Shown piece by piece: positions 18,746 through 30,655 of a DNA stretch of 38,358 bases; within the stretch, counting starts at the first letter, position 1, and every line of letters starts with the position of its first letter. The notes beneath the pieces are model-generated. The model was not told the DNA's origin. It searched no databases and was given only the letters and a program-made list of their open reading frames with translations. Source of the DNA: Methanobacterium sp. (GTDB taxonomy: Archaea; Methanobacteriota; Methanobacteria; Methanobacteriales; Methanobacteriaceae); NCBI GenBank assembly GCA_003166335.1, contig PMWA01000021.1, positions 1-38,358 on the forward strand, written 5' to 3'. The position numbers were made by a program, and so were the translations under genes.

Positions 18746-19870
18746 CTATTTCTCGATTATGCTTTCTTCAATAGCCATGCCAAAGTGTCTAGCGTGAGGA
18801 TCCAGGTAAACCATAATTTTATCCCCAACTTTAAGTTCAGACACTGAAATAGGTGTTCCATTTTCTTTAACCAGTCTTATGGTTTCAGCGTTTTGAAGAA
18901 GTGTTCTTAAAATTGTTCCATTATATTCTGCTTCCACTAGCATTAAGGGCCGTTTTTCGATTTTAACCCGTCCCACAACTACATTTTTAGAATTTCCTTC
19001 CTTATCAACTATTAACACTTCATCTCCTGCTTCGATTTCAGATAAATATCTAGTTTTATTGTCCGGAGTCATAACATAAGCGTGTACGGGGCCTGCATTA
19101 ACTCGGAAAGGTCTTGATGCTACGTATTCACTTTCTAGAGATTCGCTATGAACCAGGAATAAACCTTTTGAATATGATCCAATGAGCATTCCTTCCCCCA
19201 TACCCATCATAGAGCAAGTATCAACACAAACTCGATCACCCGAACCTACGGATTCCACACGAGTTACAGTACCAGCTTTAAGCTGGTAAATATCAGATTT
19301 AATCTTCTCGACTAATTGAGCAACCTTTTTTATCTGAGATAAATCTTTAGGACATAAAAGAACTCCATCAGTACCATATTCCAGGGTTTCCAAGGTTAAC
19401 TTCGCCTCTTCATAATCTGAAACAGCTGCAAGTAATTTAACATTCTCGTTTTGCAGTTCTGCTATAATGTTTTCTAATGGAATTACTTTCCAATCTTTAC
19501 CTAATAGAATCAAATAATCAGCATATTTTCCCAGGTAAGATGCTAATTTTTCATGCTTTTTACTACTAATCTCCACGTAAGCAGTCACTATTTTACCTTT
19601 TCTTTTAAGCCTCTTAATGCTAGCTAAATCTTTTGATTCGGATAAGTCTTCAACTAAAGAAAGTGAACCATCTCCTTCACCATTTCTACCCACGAGGATT
19701 ATGTCTGAACCTTCCATATCAGAGATGAGAGTAATATTCCCAAGTCGTTTGATATTCCCTATATCAGTAAAATCCACTATATGATTGATTCCTGATTCTA
19801 AGGCAGTGGTTATGAATTCCTTTTTTTTACTCCACTCCATACCTTCAGCCATCATCCATGCAAATTTCAT
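18746..19870 (-). CDS. aroB': 3-dehydroquinate synthase II
   Basis: [46 protein letters not shown]. Confidence 0.96.
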   Translation of the reverse strand: MKFAWMMAEGMEWSKKKEFITTALESGINHIVDFTDIGNIKRLGNITLISDMEGSDIILVGRNGEGDGSLSLVEDLSESKDLASIKRLKRKGKIVTAYVEISSKKHEKLASYLGKYADYLILLGKDWKVIPLENIIAELQNENVKLLAAVSDYEEAKLTLETLEYGTDGVLLCPKDLSQIKKVAQLVEKIKSDIYQLKAGTVTRVESVGSGDRVCVDTCSMMGMGEGMLIGSYSKGLFLVHSESLESEYVASRPFRVNAGPVHAYVMTPDNKTRYLSEIEAGDEVLIVDKEGNSKNVVVGRVKIEKRPLMLVEAEYNGTILRTLLQNAETIRLVKENGTPISVSELKVGDKIMVYLDPHARHFGMAIEESIIEK

Positions 19871-19930
19871 TTTATCTAAACCTCGAAATTATAATTTATG
19901 TTCACATCAAAGAAAAACATATGAGGAGTT

Positions 19931-20725
19931 TTATCCTTGCAATATCTTTAAAGCATCATCTACTTCAGCATCATTATGAACTATCTCAGTAATGGCTCTA
20001 GTGGTTTTTCGGGGAGATTCTGCCTGGAAAACATTCCTACCTATAGCTACACCAGCCCCACCTACATCAACAGCATTTTTAACCATTTCTAAAAGTTCAC
20101 GATCAGTTTCTACCCGAGGTCCACCTGCAATCACCAATGGAACTGGACAACCATCTACTACTTCTTTAAATGTTTCTGGGTCTCCCGTGTAATTAGTTTT
20201 GATTATGTCTGCTCCTAATTCTGCTCCTGCCCTGGCAGCGAGTTTTACTACTTCGACATTATGTTCATTTTTAATTTTCGGTCCTCTAGGGTACATCATG
20301 GCGATAAGTGGCATTCCCCAATTGTCACAAAGTTCTGACGTGTTTCCTAGTTTCTTGAGCATTTCAGGTTCTTTTTTTGATCCAACATTCACATGTACTG
20401 AAACTGCATCTGCACCTACTTGTAAGGCTTTTTCAACTGAGGTTACCATTACCTTGTTGTCTGGATCAGGTCCCAGAGATGTGCTCGCTGATAAATGTAT
20501 TATAAGACCAATATCATTTCCATATCCTCTATGTCCACTTCCAACCATTCCTTTATGCATTATAACGGCATTAGCGCCCCCACTTGCAACTTCATCTATG
20601 GTTTTTGTCATATCGATGATACCTGGGATGGGTCCCATTGCAACACCATGATCCATAGGTACAATGACACTTCTTCCTGTTTTTCTGTCCAATATCCTTT
20701 CGATTCTAATTTTTTTACCTATCAT
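19931..20725 (-). CDS. aroA': 2-amino-3,7-dideoxy-D-threo-hept-6-ulosonate synthase (DhnA-type class I aldolase)
   Basis: [21 protein letters not shown] (Schiff-base Lys), IAGGP, IGRNVFQ; adjacent to aroB'. Confidence 0.93.
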   Translation of the reverse strand: MIGKKIRIERILDRKTGRSVIVPMDHGVAMGPIPGIIDMTKTIDEVASGGANAVIMHKGMVGSGHRGYGNDIGLIIHLSASTSLGPDPDNKVMVTSVEKALQVGADAVSVHVNVGSKKEPEMLKKLGNTSELCDNWGMPLIAMMYPRGPKIKNEHNVEVVKLAARAGAELGADIIKTNYTGDPETFKEVVDGCPVPLVIAGGPRVETDRELLEMVKNAVDVGGAGVAIGRNVFQAESPRKTTRAITEIVHNDAEVDDALKILQG

Positions 20726-20744
20726 GAGAAAAATACCCTCCTAC

Positions 20745-21272
20745 TTAAATTTTTGTTGACCAAAGTCCGAGTTCCTTTAATCGAGTTGGAATTCCATCAT
20801 TTCCTGAAGATTCTAACCATCCATTCTTAGATTTTATAATTTCATTAGCGGATGATGATTGAATAAAATCTATTAATCCTCTATTTCTTATTATAGTGTC
20901 TCGTGGCTTTAAAGTTGATGACCAAATGAAAAAGACTTTGAAGGTGGTGTCCGGGTGATAGCCACCTCCTAGATCAATTGATAATACATCGCATTTTTTT
21001 ATTTTATTAAAAACTTCTTCTAAAGTTTCATGAAGTCTTACATCTCTTTTCATGAATTCAATATTGGATTTTTCTTTCATCAAGGAATCCATTCTATCTG
21101 GGGATTCGAGGCTTTTATCTAAGGCGATTATCTTCCCATTATATGCTAAATGAGATATAATTCTGGTTGAATTACCAACATGACATCCTAACTCTACTAC
21201 TAAATCATCAGCTTTAATGACATCTTTTAAAACTTCCCTATAAACTCTGATATCATAAACTATTTTGATCAT
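20745..21272 (-). CDS. Class I SAM-dependent methyltransferase
   Basis: Motif I VVELGCHVG, acidic end of strand 2 (IALD), SIDLGGG; 19 bp upstream of aroA'. Confidence 0.75.
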   Translation of the reverse strand: MIKIVYDIRVYREVLKDVIKADDLVVELGCHVGNSTRIISHLAYNGKIIALDKSLESPDRMDSLMKEKSNIEFMKRDVRLHETLEEVFNKIKKCDVLSIDLGGGYHPDTTFKVFFIWSSTLKPRDTIIRNRGLIDFIQSSSANEIIKSKNGWLESSGNDGIPTRLKELGLWSTKI

Positions 21273-21371
21273 TATAAATACATTATTTATATTATATTAT
21301 TATTAATTATTTTTTTTTTAAGTAACAAATAGACCAAGTTTTAATAAATTTCATATTTAAAAAAAAAGGAT

Positions 21372-21583
21372 ATGATGATAATCTTCACTGCAGTCTACTT
21401 TCAATCAATTCCCTCGTAAACATTGCAAATATCAAATGGCACTTACAATGGAATTATAAGAAAGATTGCAACAGGATCTTCAACTGAGGGTAATTATTAT
21501 AAGTACCTTTCATTCTTCGAATCATGAGATTTATGGAATTTCAGTGGAGGGAATTATCGGAATAATGTTTTTATTCGATATTC
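21372..21583 (+). pseudogene. Possible decayed ORF remnant (Asn/Gly-rich)
   Basis: One frame from ATG 21372 (AGGA upstream), interrupted by TAA 21417-21419 and TGA 21525-21527; reads ...ISNGTYNG...EGNYY...DLWNFSGGNY. Confidence 0.25.
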
Positions 21584-22831
21584 TCACGATTCTTTGTTGG
21601 ATGCAGCTTCACCTGCAAGATAACCGGTGGAAAATGCTTGCTGTAAATTATAACCTCCACTAGGTGCACAACCCTCAATAATTTCCCCCGCGAAATATAA
21701 GCCGGGGATTAACTTGGATTCCATAGTTTGTGGATTTATTTCCCTTCTTGAAACACCCCCACAGGTAATCATAGCTTTATCAACTCCCAACGAACCAGTG
21801 ATAGTTAAAGGAAAAGCTTTTAATAAGTTAATAATGGAATTTCTTTCTTCTTTTTTAATTTGATTTACTTTTTTCTTAGGATCCATACCCAATAACTTTA
21901 TAAATACTGGGATCATCCGATTAGGTAATAAAAATTTCATGAAATTCTTGAATTCACTTTTTCTTCGAATTTCGAATTCTTTGATTAATTTCTCTTCAAG
22001 TTCTTGTATGGTAATTTCTGGTTTAGTATCAATGAAAAACTGCACTGTTTCAGTTTTTTCAAGGATTGAAATTATTTGATTACTCAAATCCAGAATTAAG
22101 GGACCTGAAATTCCAAAATGTGTAAAGATTAAGTTTCCATTATCTGAAATAACCTTTTTTTCCCCATATTTAATGATTATCCGAATATTTTCCAGTGATA
22201 TTCCCTGTAATTCCTTAACCCAAGATGCACTGAATTTTAAAGGGACTAAACCTGGTTTTAATGTTGTGATGTTATGACCCATCTTTTGAGCAATGTCCAA
22301 TCCATCACCAGTAGAACCTGTAGCCTTATAAGAGACTCCTCCCGTAGCTAATATGACTTTTATGGTAGCCATATAATTATCATTCCCTAAATCTAGGCTA
22401 AAATAATCTTTTTTCTTTTTAATATTTATTAAACGAGTATTATAGTTCTTTATAACATTATTTTCTGATAAATACTCTTTTAAAACTTTTATAACTGATC
22501 TAGATCTGTCAGTTACTGGAAAAACTCGTCCATCATCTTCAACTTTAAATTTTAATCCTTTAACCTTAAAAAATGTTATTAACTTTCTACTCGAAAAAGT
22601 AGAGAAAGCTGATCTAAAAAAAGATCCTCGTTTTCCAAACTTTTCCAGGAATATGTTGAATGATGCTGTATTGGTAATATTACATCTGTTGCTACCGGTG
22701 ATTTTAAGTTTTTTACCTAAGATATCATTTTTTTCTATTAAAACCACGCTTTTACTTAGCTGTCCAATCCGAATTGCTGCCATCATGCCCGCCGGACCTG
22801 CGCCAACTACCACTACGTCATAAAGTTTCAT
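21584..22831 (-). CDS. HI0933/YhiN family NAD(P)/FAD-dependent oxidoreductase
   Basis: VVVGAGPAGMMAA, GKKLKITGSNRCNITN, GRVFP, ATGG.SY..TGSTGDG, FTHFGISGP, GGYNLQQAFSTG. Confidence 0.93.
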   Translation of the reverse strand: MKLYDVVVVGAGPAGMMAAIRIGQLSKSVVLIEKNDILGKKLKITGSNRCNITNTASFNIFLEKFGKRGSFFRSAFSTFSSRKLITFFKVKGLKFKVEDDGRVFPVTDRSRSVIKVLKEYLSENNVIKNYNTRLINIKKKKDYFSLDLGNDNYMATIKVILATGGVSYKATGSTGDGLDIAQKMGHNITTLKPGLVPLKFSASWVKELQGISLENIRIIIKYGEKKVISDNGNLIFTHFGISGPLILDLSNQIISILEKTETVQFFIDTKPEITIQELEEKLIKEFEIRRKSEFKNFMKFLLPNRMIPVFIKLLGMDPKKKVNQIKKEERNSIINLLKAFPLTITGSLGVDKAMITCGGVSRREINPQTMESKLIPGLYFAGEIIEGCAPSGGYNLQQAFSTGYLAGEAASNKES

Positions 22832-22982
22832 ATAATCTCCAGATTAGTTAAAAATTAGTTTTAAATTATTTAATATTGATTATTTAAACAAAATAAAGTA
22901 ATATATATTGTTAAATTCAATTCATTATCATTATTTTTACTGCAGTAATTCATTCCAAAATTTTTTTCTAAAAAAAGTAGGA

Positions 22983-24302
22983 TTATGGAATAAGCCGTCT
23001 CCTATCCCTAGGGAAGAGAACAGTTTCTCTGATATTTTTAACCCCAGTTAAACACATGGTAAATCTCTCCGCACCCAACCCCCAGCCAGCATGGGGAGGC
23101 ATACCATATTCAAAAGCTGCCAAATATCTATTGAAGGAATCTGGATTTAAACCCTGTTTTTTAATTCGATCCACCAATAAGTCATGTAAATGTACCCTCA
23201 TGGCACCTGAAGATATTTCCAAATCCCGGTACATTAAGTCAAAAGCACAACTTCTTTTAGGATCCTCTTCACTGGGCATTACATAGAATGGTTTAATATC
23301 GGTGGGCCATCCTGTTATAAAATAATATCCTTCCATTAATTCTCCCATGGCTTTCTCAGCTGCTCTGGATAGATCTTCACCATGATTGAGTGGTACTCCG
23401 TGGGAATTAACCATATCCACGACTTCATCATATTCTACCCTTTCAAATGGTAATTCAGGTATCTTTAGATTTATATCCAAAGTTTTTAGTTCATCTTTGC
23501 AGTGCTCCGTTACATCATTAATAGCAGTGGATACTAATCTTTCTAAGATATTCATTACATCTTCATGATTACAGAATGCAGCCTCTAAATCAATTGATAT
23601 GACTTCATTTAAATGTCTGAGAGTATCATGCTCTTCAGCCCTGAAAATAGGAGCTATTTCATAGACTTGGTCAAAACCAGCTGCCATCATCATCTGTTTA
23701 TAAAGTTGAGGGCTCTGCCCAAGAAAAGCCTCTCTTTCAAAATAAGTTATTGGAAATAATTCCGTTCCACCTTCAGTTGCAGATGCAACTAATTTAGGTG
23801 TGTTAATTTCAAGAAAATCATTTTTTTCCAGGAATACTCTTACCGAATGGAGCATTCGACTTTTTATCTTGAATATTGAACTTACATTATGTTTTCTAAG
23901 ATCTAGAAATCTAGAATCTAATCTGGTATCAATTTCAGCCCTAACTTTCCCTGTGGTATCCAATGGTAAAGGTAGTTTACTTTCATTTAACAGTTCAACT
24001 TCCTCAGGAATGATCTCAACTCCTCCTGGAGCCTTAGATGAATCCTGGACTATACCTTTAACTGTTATTACTGACTCCTTTTTAAACTTGCGTATATTTT
24101 CAAAGAGTTCTGAAGAAATTTTTTTGCTGGGGGCAGTTACTTGGATTACACCATCTCGATCTCGTATAAGTAAAAATATGATTCCACCTAAATCTCTTAA
24201 TTCATGAATCCAGCCCATAATGATTACTTTTTTTCCATTTAACTCAGGAGTTATTTCTTTTGAGTATTGAGTTCTTCTACATTTTTGCAAAGGGTCAGTC
24301 AA
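22983..24302 (-). CDS. aspS: Aspartate--tRNA ligase, archaeal, likely non-discriminating (Asp/Asn)
   Basis: [31 protein letters not shown]; His in GWIHE and Pro in KAPGG match non-discriminating anticodon-domain signatures; TTG start. Confidence 0.96.
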   Translation of the reverse strand: MTDPLQKCRRTQYSKEITPELNGKKVIIMGWIHELRDLGGIIFLLIRDRDGVIQVTAPSKKISSELFENIRKFKKESVITVKGIVQDSSKAPGGVEIIPEEVELLNESKLPLPLDTTGKVRAEIDTRLDSRFLDLRKHNVSSIFKIKSRMLHSVRVFLEKNDFLEINTPKLVASATEGGTELFPITYFEREAFLGQSPQLYKQMMMAAGFDQVYEIAPIFRAEEHDTLRHLNEVISIDLEAAFCNHEDVMNILERLVSTAINDVTEHCKDELKTLDINLKIPELPFERVEYDEVVDMVNSHGVPLNHGEDLSRAAEKAMGELMEGYYFITGWPTDIKPFYVMPSEEDPKRSCAFDLMYRDLEISSGAMRVHLHDLLVDRIKKQGLNPDSFNRYLAAFEYGMPPHAGWGLGAERFTMCLTGVKNIRETVLFPRDRRRLIP

Positions 24303-24410
24303 ATTTAATCACTTCCAAAAAATAAATTTTAATAGATTTAAAAAAGAAATAATATTGCAACAATTTTTTCTAGTAATATTTTTTTTTATTCAAAAAAAAT
24401 TTTTATAAAT

Positions 24411-24448
24411 TATTAATAATTATTTTTTTTATTAATAATTATTTTTTT
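24411..24448. repeat. Two-copy tandem AT-only repeat (about 19-bp unit)
   Basis: TATTAATAATTATTTTTTT occurs twice back to back between aspS and hisD. Confidence 0.5.
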
Positions 24449-24525
24449 CTTTTAATATCTTATTCGTATCATAAATTATATTATATTATTTATATTATTT
24501 TAATAAAAGGTTTAGATTTACTAAT

Positions 24526-25818
24526 TCAATGTTTCAAACGTTTTTTAAAAGATTCTGCATGGGCATAGAGTCCTTCATATTCTGCTAGTGTCACCACTAC
24601 TTCTTTAAGATTCTCTAATCCTTCTTTGGAAAGTTGTTGTATTGTTGGTTTCTTGAGGAATGATTCAGTAGAGAGTCCAGAATATAAGCGTGCGCATCCT
24701 GAAGTGGGTAGAACGTGATTGGTGCCTGATCCGTAATCTCCAGCTGCTACAGGTGTTAATTCACCTAGAAATATTGAACCTGCGTTATTTATATCTTTCA
24801 AGACTTCTTCTGGTTGAGAAGTCATGATTAATAGATGTTCTGGAGCATATTCATTCGAAAATTTCGCAGCTTCCTTTAAAGTATCCACAAGGATGATCCT
24901 ACCATAATTTTCTAAGGATTTTTCTATTATCTCTTTTCGTGGTATAGATAGAATTTTATCATTTATAATATTATTAACAGTTTCAGCTAAAGTTTTTGAA
25001 GTAGTTACTAGTACTGCGGCTGCGTTAGGATCATGTTCAGCCTGTGCTAGCATATCCAATGCAATATAGTTTGGATTTGATTCATTATCGGCAATTATGA
25101 GAACTTCAGATGGTCCTGCTGGGAAATCTATATCCACGTCACCGTAAACAAGTTTTTTTGCAGTGGTAACGTATATGTTTCCAGGACCTACAATTTTATC
25201 GACTTTAGGTATGGATTCTGTACCATAAGCCATGGCAGCTATGGCTTGAGCTCCTCCAACTGAGTATATTTCATCGGCACCAGCAATACTAGCCGCCGCC
25301 AGTATTTCATTCTTAATCTGACCATTCTTGGCTGGTGGGGTACAACATATAACTTTGGATACTCCGGCTATTTTAGCAGGTATAACCGTCATAAGGATTG
25401 TTGAGGGATATACTGCCCGGCCTCCGGGTATATAACAACCTACTATTTTTAATGGGCGGATTATTTGGCCTGCTGTGATCCCTTTATCAACATTACATAT
25501 CCATTCTTGTGGTAGTTGTGCTTTGTGAAATTTTTTTATGTTGTTTGCTGCTTTTTCTAATGCTTTGATAAGTTTATTGTCCACCTTGCTGATGCTTTTT
25601 TTGATTTTCTGTTCTTCTAATTTGAAATTTTCTATTTGTACGTTGTCTAATTTTTGTGTGTAACTTTTTAGTGATTGATCTCCTTTGTTACGAACGTCGC
25701 TTATTATATTACCTACGGTGTTTAAAACTTTTTCAGCGTCAATTAGTGACCTTTTCAGAAGTTTTATTCTATCCTGCGTTTTTTGGTTTTTTAGTTCAAT
25801 TATTTTCATCCTTATCAA
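24526..25818 (-). CDS. hisD: Histidinol dehydrogenase
   Basis: [52 protein letters not shown]; the true start may be the ATG at 25809. Confidence 0.97.
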   Translation of the reverse strand: MIRMKIIELKNQKTQDRIKLLKRSLIDAEKVLNTVGNIISDVRNKGDQSLKSYTQKLDNVQIENFKLEEQKIKKSISKVDNKLIKALEKAANNIKKFHKAQLPQEWICNVDKGITAGQIIRPLKIVGCYIPGGRAVYPSTILMTVIPAKIAGVSKVICCTPPAKNGQIKNEILAAASIAGADEIYSVGGAQAIAAMAYGTESIPKVDKIVGPGNIYVTTAKKLVYGDVDIDFPAGPSEVLIIADNESNPNYIALDMLAQAEHDPNAAAVLVTTSKTLAETVNNIINDKILSIPRKEIIEKSLENYGRIILVDTLKEAAKFSNEYAPEHLLIMTSQPEEVLKDINNAGSIFLGELTPVAAGDYGSGTNHVLPTSGCARLYSGLSTESFLKKPTIQQLSKEGLENLKEVVVTLAEYEGLYAHAESFKKRLKH

Positions 25819-26058
25819 AGATTAATTAGTGTTAATGGGTTAAATATCTTGCTATGGACTAGTTTTTATTATGTGAATAAAACGTTTAAATGGTCAAAAA
25901 CTTTATTTACTAATAATTTTTAATATTATATTAGCATGTTGTTACTGGGTGAAACAAATACTGTCAAATTATATTTTTTTATATATTAATACGATGTAAC
26001 GTATATAACATGCTTTAAATCTTTAATTAATTGAATAGGGTAGAGGTATCTGATAAAT

Positions 26059-26379
26059 ATGTACAAGGATGAACTCATACAACTACATCAGTTTTTGGTA
26101 TATGTTTTAAAAAATATGGATGAAGAATATGAGCTGAAGGAGGAGTGCAAAGATTATCTGTGTCTTAATATAAGTCCTCATCACATTCACCGAACTAAGG
26201 CTGAACATAAACATGCTATATTTGTATTATCTAATACAATATCAGAGGTTCTTGCCAGTAATAACGGTGGTGGATCTAATATTTCTAACGGTCTTTCTGA
26301 ACTGATAAAAAGATCTAAAAGAGAGCTTATAAAATTTCAAGATGATGGTAATTTGAATTATCAAAAAGTCGAGTTATGA
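26059..26379 (+). CDS. UPF0058 family (His-rich, putative metal-binding) protein
   Basis: MYKDELIQLHQ...ISPHHIHRTKAEHKHAIFVL signature; SD GAGGT. Confidence 0.85.
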   Translation: MYKDELIQLHQFLVYVLKNMDEEYELKEECKDYLCLNISPHHIHRTKAEHKHAIFVLSNTISEVLASNNGGGSNISNGLSELIKRSKRELIKFQDDGNLNYQKVEL

Positions 26380-26636
26380 AAAAAAGATTTTTATAAAATT
26401 GCTAAGGATTTGTATGATAAATTTATAATGTCAGTTTAACTTATGATATCTATATAATAATAAATTATGAAATAGTAATAATATAATTTATTTTAACTTC
26501 ACACTTTTCTAAAATATTTAAATTATAAATTAATAATAGCAATTTCACTATAATTTTTTTTGTATGATTATCAAAAAAATAATCTCTTATTATTTATACC
26601 TATTTAATACAATCAAACTTTTTAGGATGTTTAAAG

Positions 26637-28016
26637 ATGCATGGTTTAAGAAGAATGGTTTGTTTAGTGGATGGGGAACATTACATCCCCGTAACAAAAG
26701 CAGCATTAGACACCTTAGATAGTCTCGAACATAACGAAGTAGTAGCTGTTATATTTATAGGTGGCACCGAAAAATTAAGAGAAACATCAGATAAAGCAAT
26801 TCAAGAAAAACTGGGAAGACCCGTTCATTTCGGCGCGGATCATCATAAAATACCCTACGATCTCATTGGAGAAATTATTGAACAATATAATGCAGAAGTA
26901 GTTATGGATTTAAGCGATGAACCTATCGTTGACTATTCTAAAAGATTTAAAATAGCAACCATAATCCTAGAGCAAGGAATAAATTATGAAGGACCAGATT
27001 TTAAATTTTATCCCATATCCGAACATGATGTTCTTCAAAAACCATCACTTAAAATACTGGGTACAGGTAAACGTATAGGCAAAACTGCAGTATCAGCTTA
27101 TGCTGCAAGAATAATCAATCAAAAACAATACAACCCCTGCATCGTAGCCATGGGACGAGGAGGTCCAGAGGAACCAGAAATTGTTAGAGGAGACCAAATA
27201 GAACTTACCCCTGAATATTTAATGGAGCAATCAAATAAAGGGATCCACGCTGCATCAGACCATTGGGAAGATGCACTCATGAGCAGAATATTAACCATCG
27301 GCTGTAGAAGATGTGGTGGCGGTATGGTGGGGGATGTTTTCATAACTAACATGAAAAAGGGAGCTCAACTAGCCAATGAAGTTGAAGCGGGTTTCGTGAT
27401 TATAGAAGGAAGTGGTGCAGCAATTCCCCCTATAAAAACAGATAAACACATCGTATTAGTAGGTGCAAACCAACCGTTGATAAATATAGAAAAATTCTTC
27501 GGTCCATTCAGAATAAAAATGGCAGATTTAGTGATAATAACCATGTGTGAAATGCCTATGGCTAGTCCAGAGAAAATAGAAAGCATAGAAAAATTCATTA
27601 AGATCATTAACCCTAAAGCAAAGGTTATTTCCACTGTTTTCAGACCAAAACCACTTAGCTCAATTAAAAATAAGAAGGTTCTTTTCGCAACCACTGCACC
27701 AGATTCTATTAAAACTGTTTTAACTGAATATTTAGAGGAAAAATATAGTTGTAAAGTGGTTGGGACCACTTCACACCTTTCTAATAGACCATTACTACAA
27801 AAGGATATAGAAAAACATATTGGTCAGGCTGAAGTGATGCTTACAGAATTAAAGGCAGCAGCAGTTGATGTAGCCACCAAAGATGCATTGGAAGCAGGAT
27901 TAGAGGTGGTGTACTGTGATAATATACCCAAGGTCATTCAAGGAACTTATCCAAAACTTTCCGATGCTATAATTAAAGTTGTAGATGAAGCTATATCTGA
28001 CTTTAATAAAAGGTGA
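26637..28016 (+). CDS. cpgS: Cyclic 2,3-diphosphoglycerate synthetase
   Basis: [64 protein letters not shown]. Confidence 0.95.
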   Translation: MHGLRRMVCLVDGEHYIPVTKAALDTLDSLEHNEVVAVIFIGGTEKLRETSDKAIQEKLGRPVHFGADHHKIPYDLIGEIIEQYNAEVVMDLSDEPIVDYSKRFKIATIILEQGINYEGPDFKFYPISEHDVLQKPSLKILGTGKRIGKTAVSAYAARIINQKQYNPCIVAMGRGGPEEPEIVRGDQIELTPEYLMEQSNKGIHAASDHWEDALMSRILTIGCRRCGGGMVGDVFITNMKKGAQLANEVEAGFVIIEGSGAAIPPIKTDKHIVLVGANQPLINIEKFFGPFRIKMADLVIITMCEMPMASPEKIESIEKFIKIINPKAKVISTVFRPKPLSSIKNKKVLFATTAPDSIKTVLTEYLEEKYSCKVVGTTSHLSNRPLLQKDIEKHIGQAEVMLTELKAAAVDVATKDALEAGLEVVYCDNIPKVIQGTYPKLSDAIIKVVDEAISDFNKR

Positions 28017-28022
28017 ATTATT

Positions 28023-28556
28023 TTGGTTTATAGTGATGAATACGAATTAAAAAAACAATTATCATTTAACCATCAAGAAGAGAAGATTATAAAGAAGTTG
28101 GATTTAACACCAGAAGCATTTTTACCCTTGATTTTCTCCATTAAATTTGGAGGAGATTGGAGTTTCAAAACAAAATCATTAAAGGTTTTAGCTGTAAAAG
28201 ATAAGTTAACTCGATATGATCAGCAAAAAATGGTAGGTTACACCATAGAAACTGTTTTTCTTTTTGTAAATCCTAAAATATTGAATGAAGAAGGTTTAGT
28301 CCATCGTCTAGAAAAATGTGGGGATAAAAAAGAGCGGGAAATTGTTAAAAGACCCTTTAAAATTGAAGTTGATGCAGAAGATATAATAAAAGCTGTTATA
28401 AACCCATTAACATTAAAAATAACAGTAAAACATGTTAAAGGCCCTTTATTCTTTGAGGGTTCGAGTGCTTATGGAGTATCTCATGAAATGAATCATCTGC
28501 AAGGAGTAGAAGTTAATGGAAAATCTTTATGGGACTTCAGCTATGAACTAAGATAA
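28023..28556 (+). CDS. Peptide-deformylase-fold metalloprotein of unknown function
   Basis: FVNPKI...EKCG...VKRP.KIEV.A...HEMNHLQG follows the order and spacing of PDF motifs; TTG start with SD AGGTGA overlapping the cpgS stop. Confidence 0.7.
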   Translation: MVYSDEYELKKQLSFNHQEEKIIKKLDLTPEAFLPLIFSIKFGGDWSFKTKSLKVLAVKDKLTRYDQQKMVGYTIETVFLFVNPKILNEEGLVHRLEKCGDKKEREIVKRPFKIEVDAEDIIKAVINPLTLKITVKHVKGPLFFEGSSAYGVSHEMNHLQGVEVNGKSLWDFSYELR

Positions 28557-28645
28557 ATAAAGTTATAAAATATTTTTTTAAAATTAAATTCTAAATTTTT
28601 TTTTATTAACAAAAGTAAGTTTATTACGAAATTTTAGGGGTAAAT

Positions 28646-28678
<33 letters not shown>

Positions 28679-28698
28679 AGAAAAGAACAAAACTGGAG

Positions 28699-30354
28699 AT
28701 GATAATTGTGGCGCAATTAGGAGGGCAAGGACAACAAGGCCAGCCAATATTAATCTTACCTGAAGGTACTAATAGACTTTTAGGAAGAGATGCTCAAAGT
28801 ATGAATGTAATGGCAGGTAAAATTCTTGCAGAAACCATTAGAACAACATTAGGTCCTAAGGGAATGGATAAAATGCTTGTAGATTCCTTAGGTGACATAG
28901 TTGTGACTAATGATGGAGTTACTATTTTAAAGGAAATGGATATTGAACACCCCGCAGCTAAAATGCTCGTAGAAGTGGCTAAAACTCAGGAAGATGAAGT
29001 AGGAGACGGAACTACCACTGCGGTGATAATAGCCGGTGAACTACTTAAAAAAGCAGAGGATTTACTGGAACAGGATATACACCCCACAGTAATTTCGATG
29101 GGTTACCGTAGAGCTGCTACCAAAGCACTGGAAATCTTAAATGATATCTCTATTGACAGAAATGATCGAGAAACTTTAATCGAAGTAGCCATGACTGCCA
29201 TGACTGGTAAAGGTACAGAAAAAGCCAGAAAACCACTTGCTGAAATCATTGTTAATGCAGTGAAACAGGTGGAAGAGAATGGAGAAGTAGATCGGGATCA
29301 TATAAATATTCACAGGATTCAAGGAGCAACCGTAGATGAATCCCAACTTATTAGAGGAGTAGTGATTGATAAAAGCAGAATCGATCCATCCATGCCTAAA
29401 AAAATTGAGGATGCACGGATTGCATTATTAAAATATCCTATAGAAGTTAAGGATCTGGAAACCGATGCTAAAATCAAATTAACTGCTCCTAATCAAATGC
29501 AGGCCTTCATTGAACAAGAAGAGTCCATGGTTAGACATATGGTGGAAAAAATCATAGCTACTGGAGCTAATGTTGTTTTCTGTCAAAAAGGTATAGATGA
29601 TTTAGCCCAACATTACCTCGCCCGAGAAGGAATTTTAGCAGTTAAGAGAGTGAGAAAATCTGACATCGAAAGACTGGAGAAAGCCACTGGAGCTTCCGTA
29701 GCAACTAACATTGAAGATCTAAGTTCGGATGATTTAGGTAATGCAGGACTGGTTTACGAGAAGAAGATTTTTGATGAAATCATGATCTTTGTCGAGGAAA
29801 ACCCTGATCCTAAGGCAGTATCCATTATACTACGTGGAAGTACTAAACATGTAGCTGAAGAAGTGGAAAGAGCTGTTGAAGATGCTATAGGAGTGGTGAC
29901 CGCTACTGTAGAAGATGGTAAAGTAGTAGCAGGTGGTGGAGCTGCAGAGATGGCTATTGCTCGTGGTCTCACTGATTACTCTGACACTATTAGTGGAAGG
30001 GAACAATTGGCTGTGGCTGCTTTTGCCAAAGCTTTGGAAATAGTGCCTAAAACTTTAGCGGAAAATGCTGGAATGGATAGTATTGATGTTCTAGTGGATA
30101 TTAGGGCGGCACAGGAAAAATCACCTTATATGGGGCTTGATGTTTTCCAGGGTAAAGTAGCTAATATGAAATTAGCCACTGTAATTGAACCTCACCGAGT
30201 GAAGAAGCAAGCTATTCAATCTGCTGCTGAAGCAGCTGAGATGATTTTAAGGATAGATGATGTGATAGCTTCCAGTGGTGCTGGTAAACAACCAGATATG
30301 GAAGGAATGGAAGGAATGCCCCCAGGTATGGGTGGAATGCCTCCAATGATGTAA
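28699..30354 (+). CDS. thsA: Thermosome (group II chaperonin) subunit
   Basis: [36 protein letters not shown]-rich tail; GTG at 28708 after SD GGAGATGA is the likelier start. Confidence 0.96.
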   Translation: MIIVAQLGGQGQQGQPILILPEGTNRLLGRDAQSMNVMAGKILAETIRTTLGPKGMDKMLVDSLGDIVVTNDGVTILKEMDIEHPAAKMLVEVAKTQEDEVGDGTTTAVIIAGELLKKAEDLLEQDIHPTVISMGYRRAATKALEILNDISIDRNDRETLIEVAMTAMTGKGTEKARKPLAEIIVNAVKQVEENGEVDRDHINIHRIQGATVDESQLIRGVVIDKSRIDPSMPKKIEDARIALLKYPIEVKDLETDAKIKLTAPNQMQAFIEQEESMVRHMVEKIIATGANVVFCQKGIDDLAQHYLAREGILAVKRVRKSDIERLEKATGASVATNIEDLSSDDLGNAGLVYEKKIFDEIMIFVEENPDPKAVSIILRGSTKHVAEEVERAVEDAIGVVTATVEDGKVVAGGGAAEMAIARGLTDYSDTISGREQLAVAAFAKALEIVPKTLAENAGMDSIDVLVDIRAAQEKSPYMGLDVFQGKVANMKLATVIEPHRVKKQAIQSAAEAAEMILRIDDVIASSGAGKQPDMEGMEGMPPGMGGMPPMM

Positions 30355-30385
30355 AAAGGTTATATACCTTTTTTATTCTTTTTTT
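30353..30385 (+). terminator. Hairpin plus oligo-T terminator after the thermosome gene
   Basis: AAAAAGGT-TATAT-ACCTTTTT (30353-30373) followed by T tracts. Confidence 0.6.
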
Positions 30386-30655
30386 ATTGAATTTTTAATT
30401 TTTTTTTATTTTAAATTTTAATTCTGTTATTTTTTAAGTTAATTTAGCATTATCCATATTTTTTGTTTTATTAATATAACAAAAAGTTTTTAATGTTTGT
30501 TTTTTTTTTTTATTTATAAAAAATATTTGGTGAGTTATTATTTTTAAATAATTATTTTCTAAAAATAAATTTGTCATGATTAATAATACTAAAATATATA
30601 TGGAAAGTTCAACTTAATATTAATTAGAAATAATGAAACTAAAGGCGGGAAGATA

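Noticed and set aside
21372..21378. Isolated box C motif ATGATGA (also GTGATGA at 5384-5390)
   Set aside because: No D, D' or C' boxes at guide-RNA spacing.
21387..22946. ACTGCAGT on both sides of the HI0933 gene as a target-site duplication
   Set aside because: No terminal inverted repeats or mobility gene, and the same 8-mer also occurs inside cpgS near 27084.
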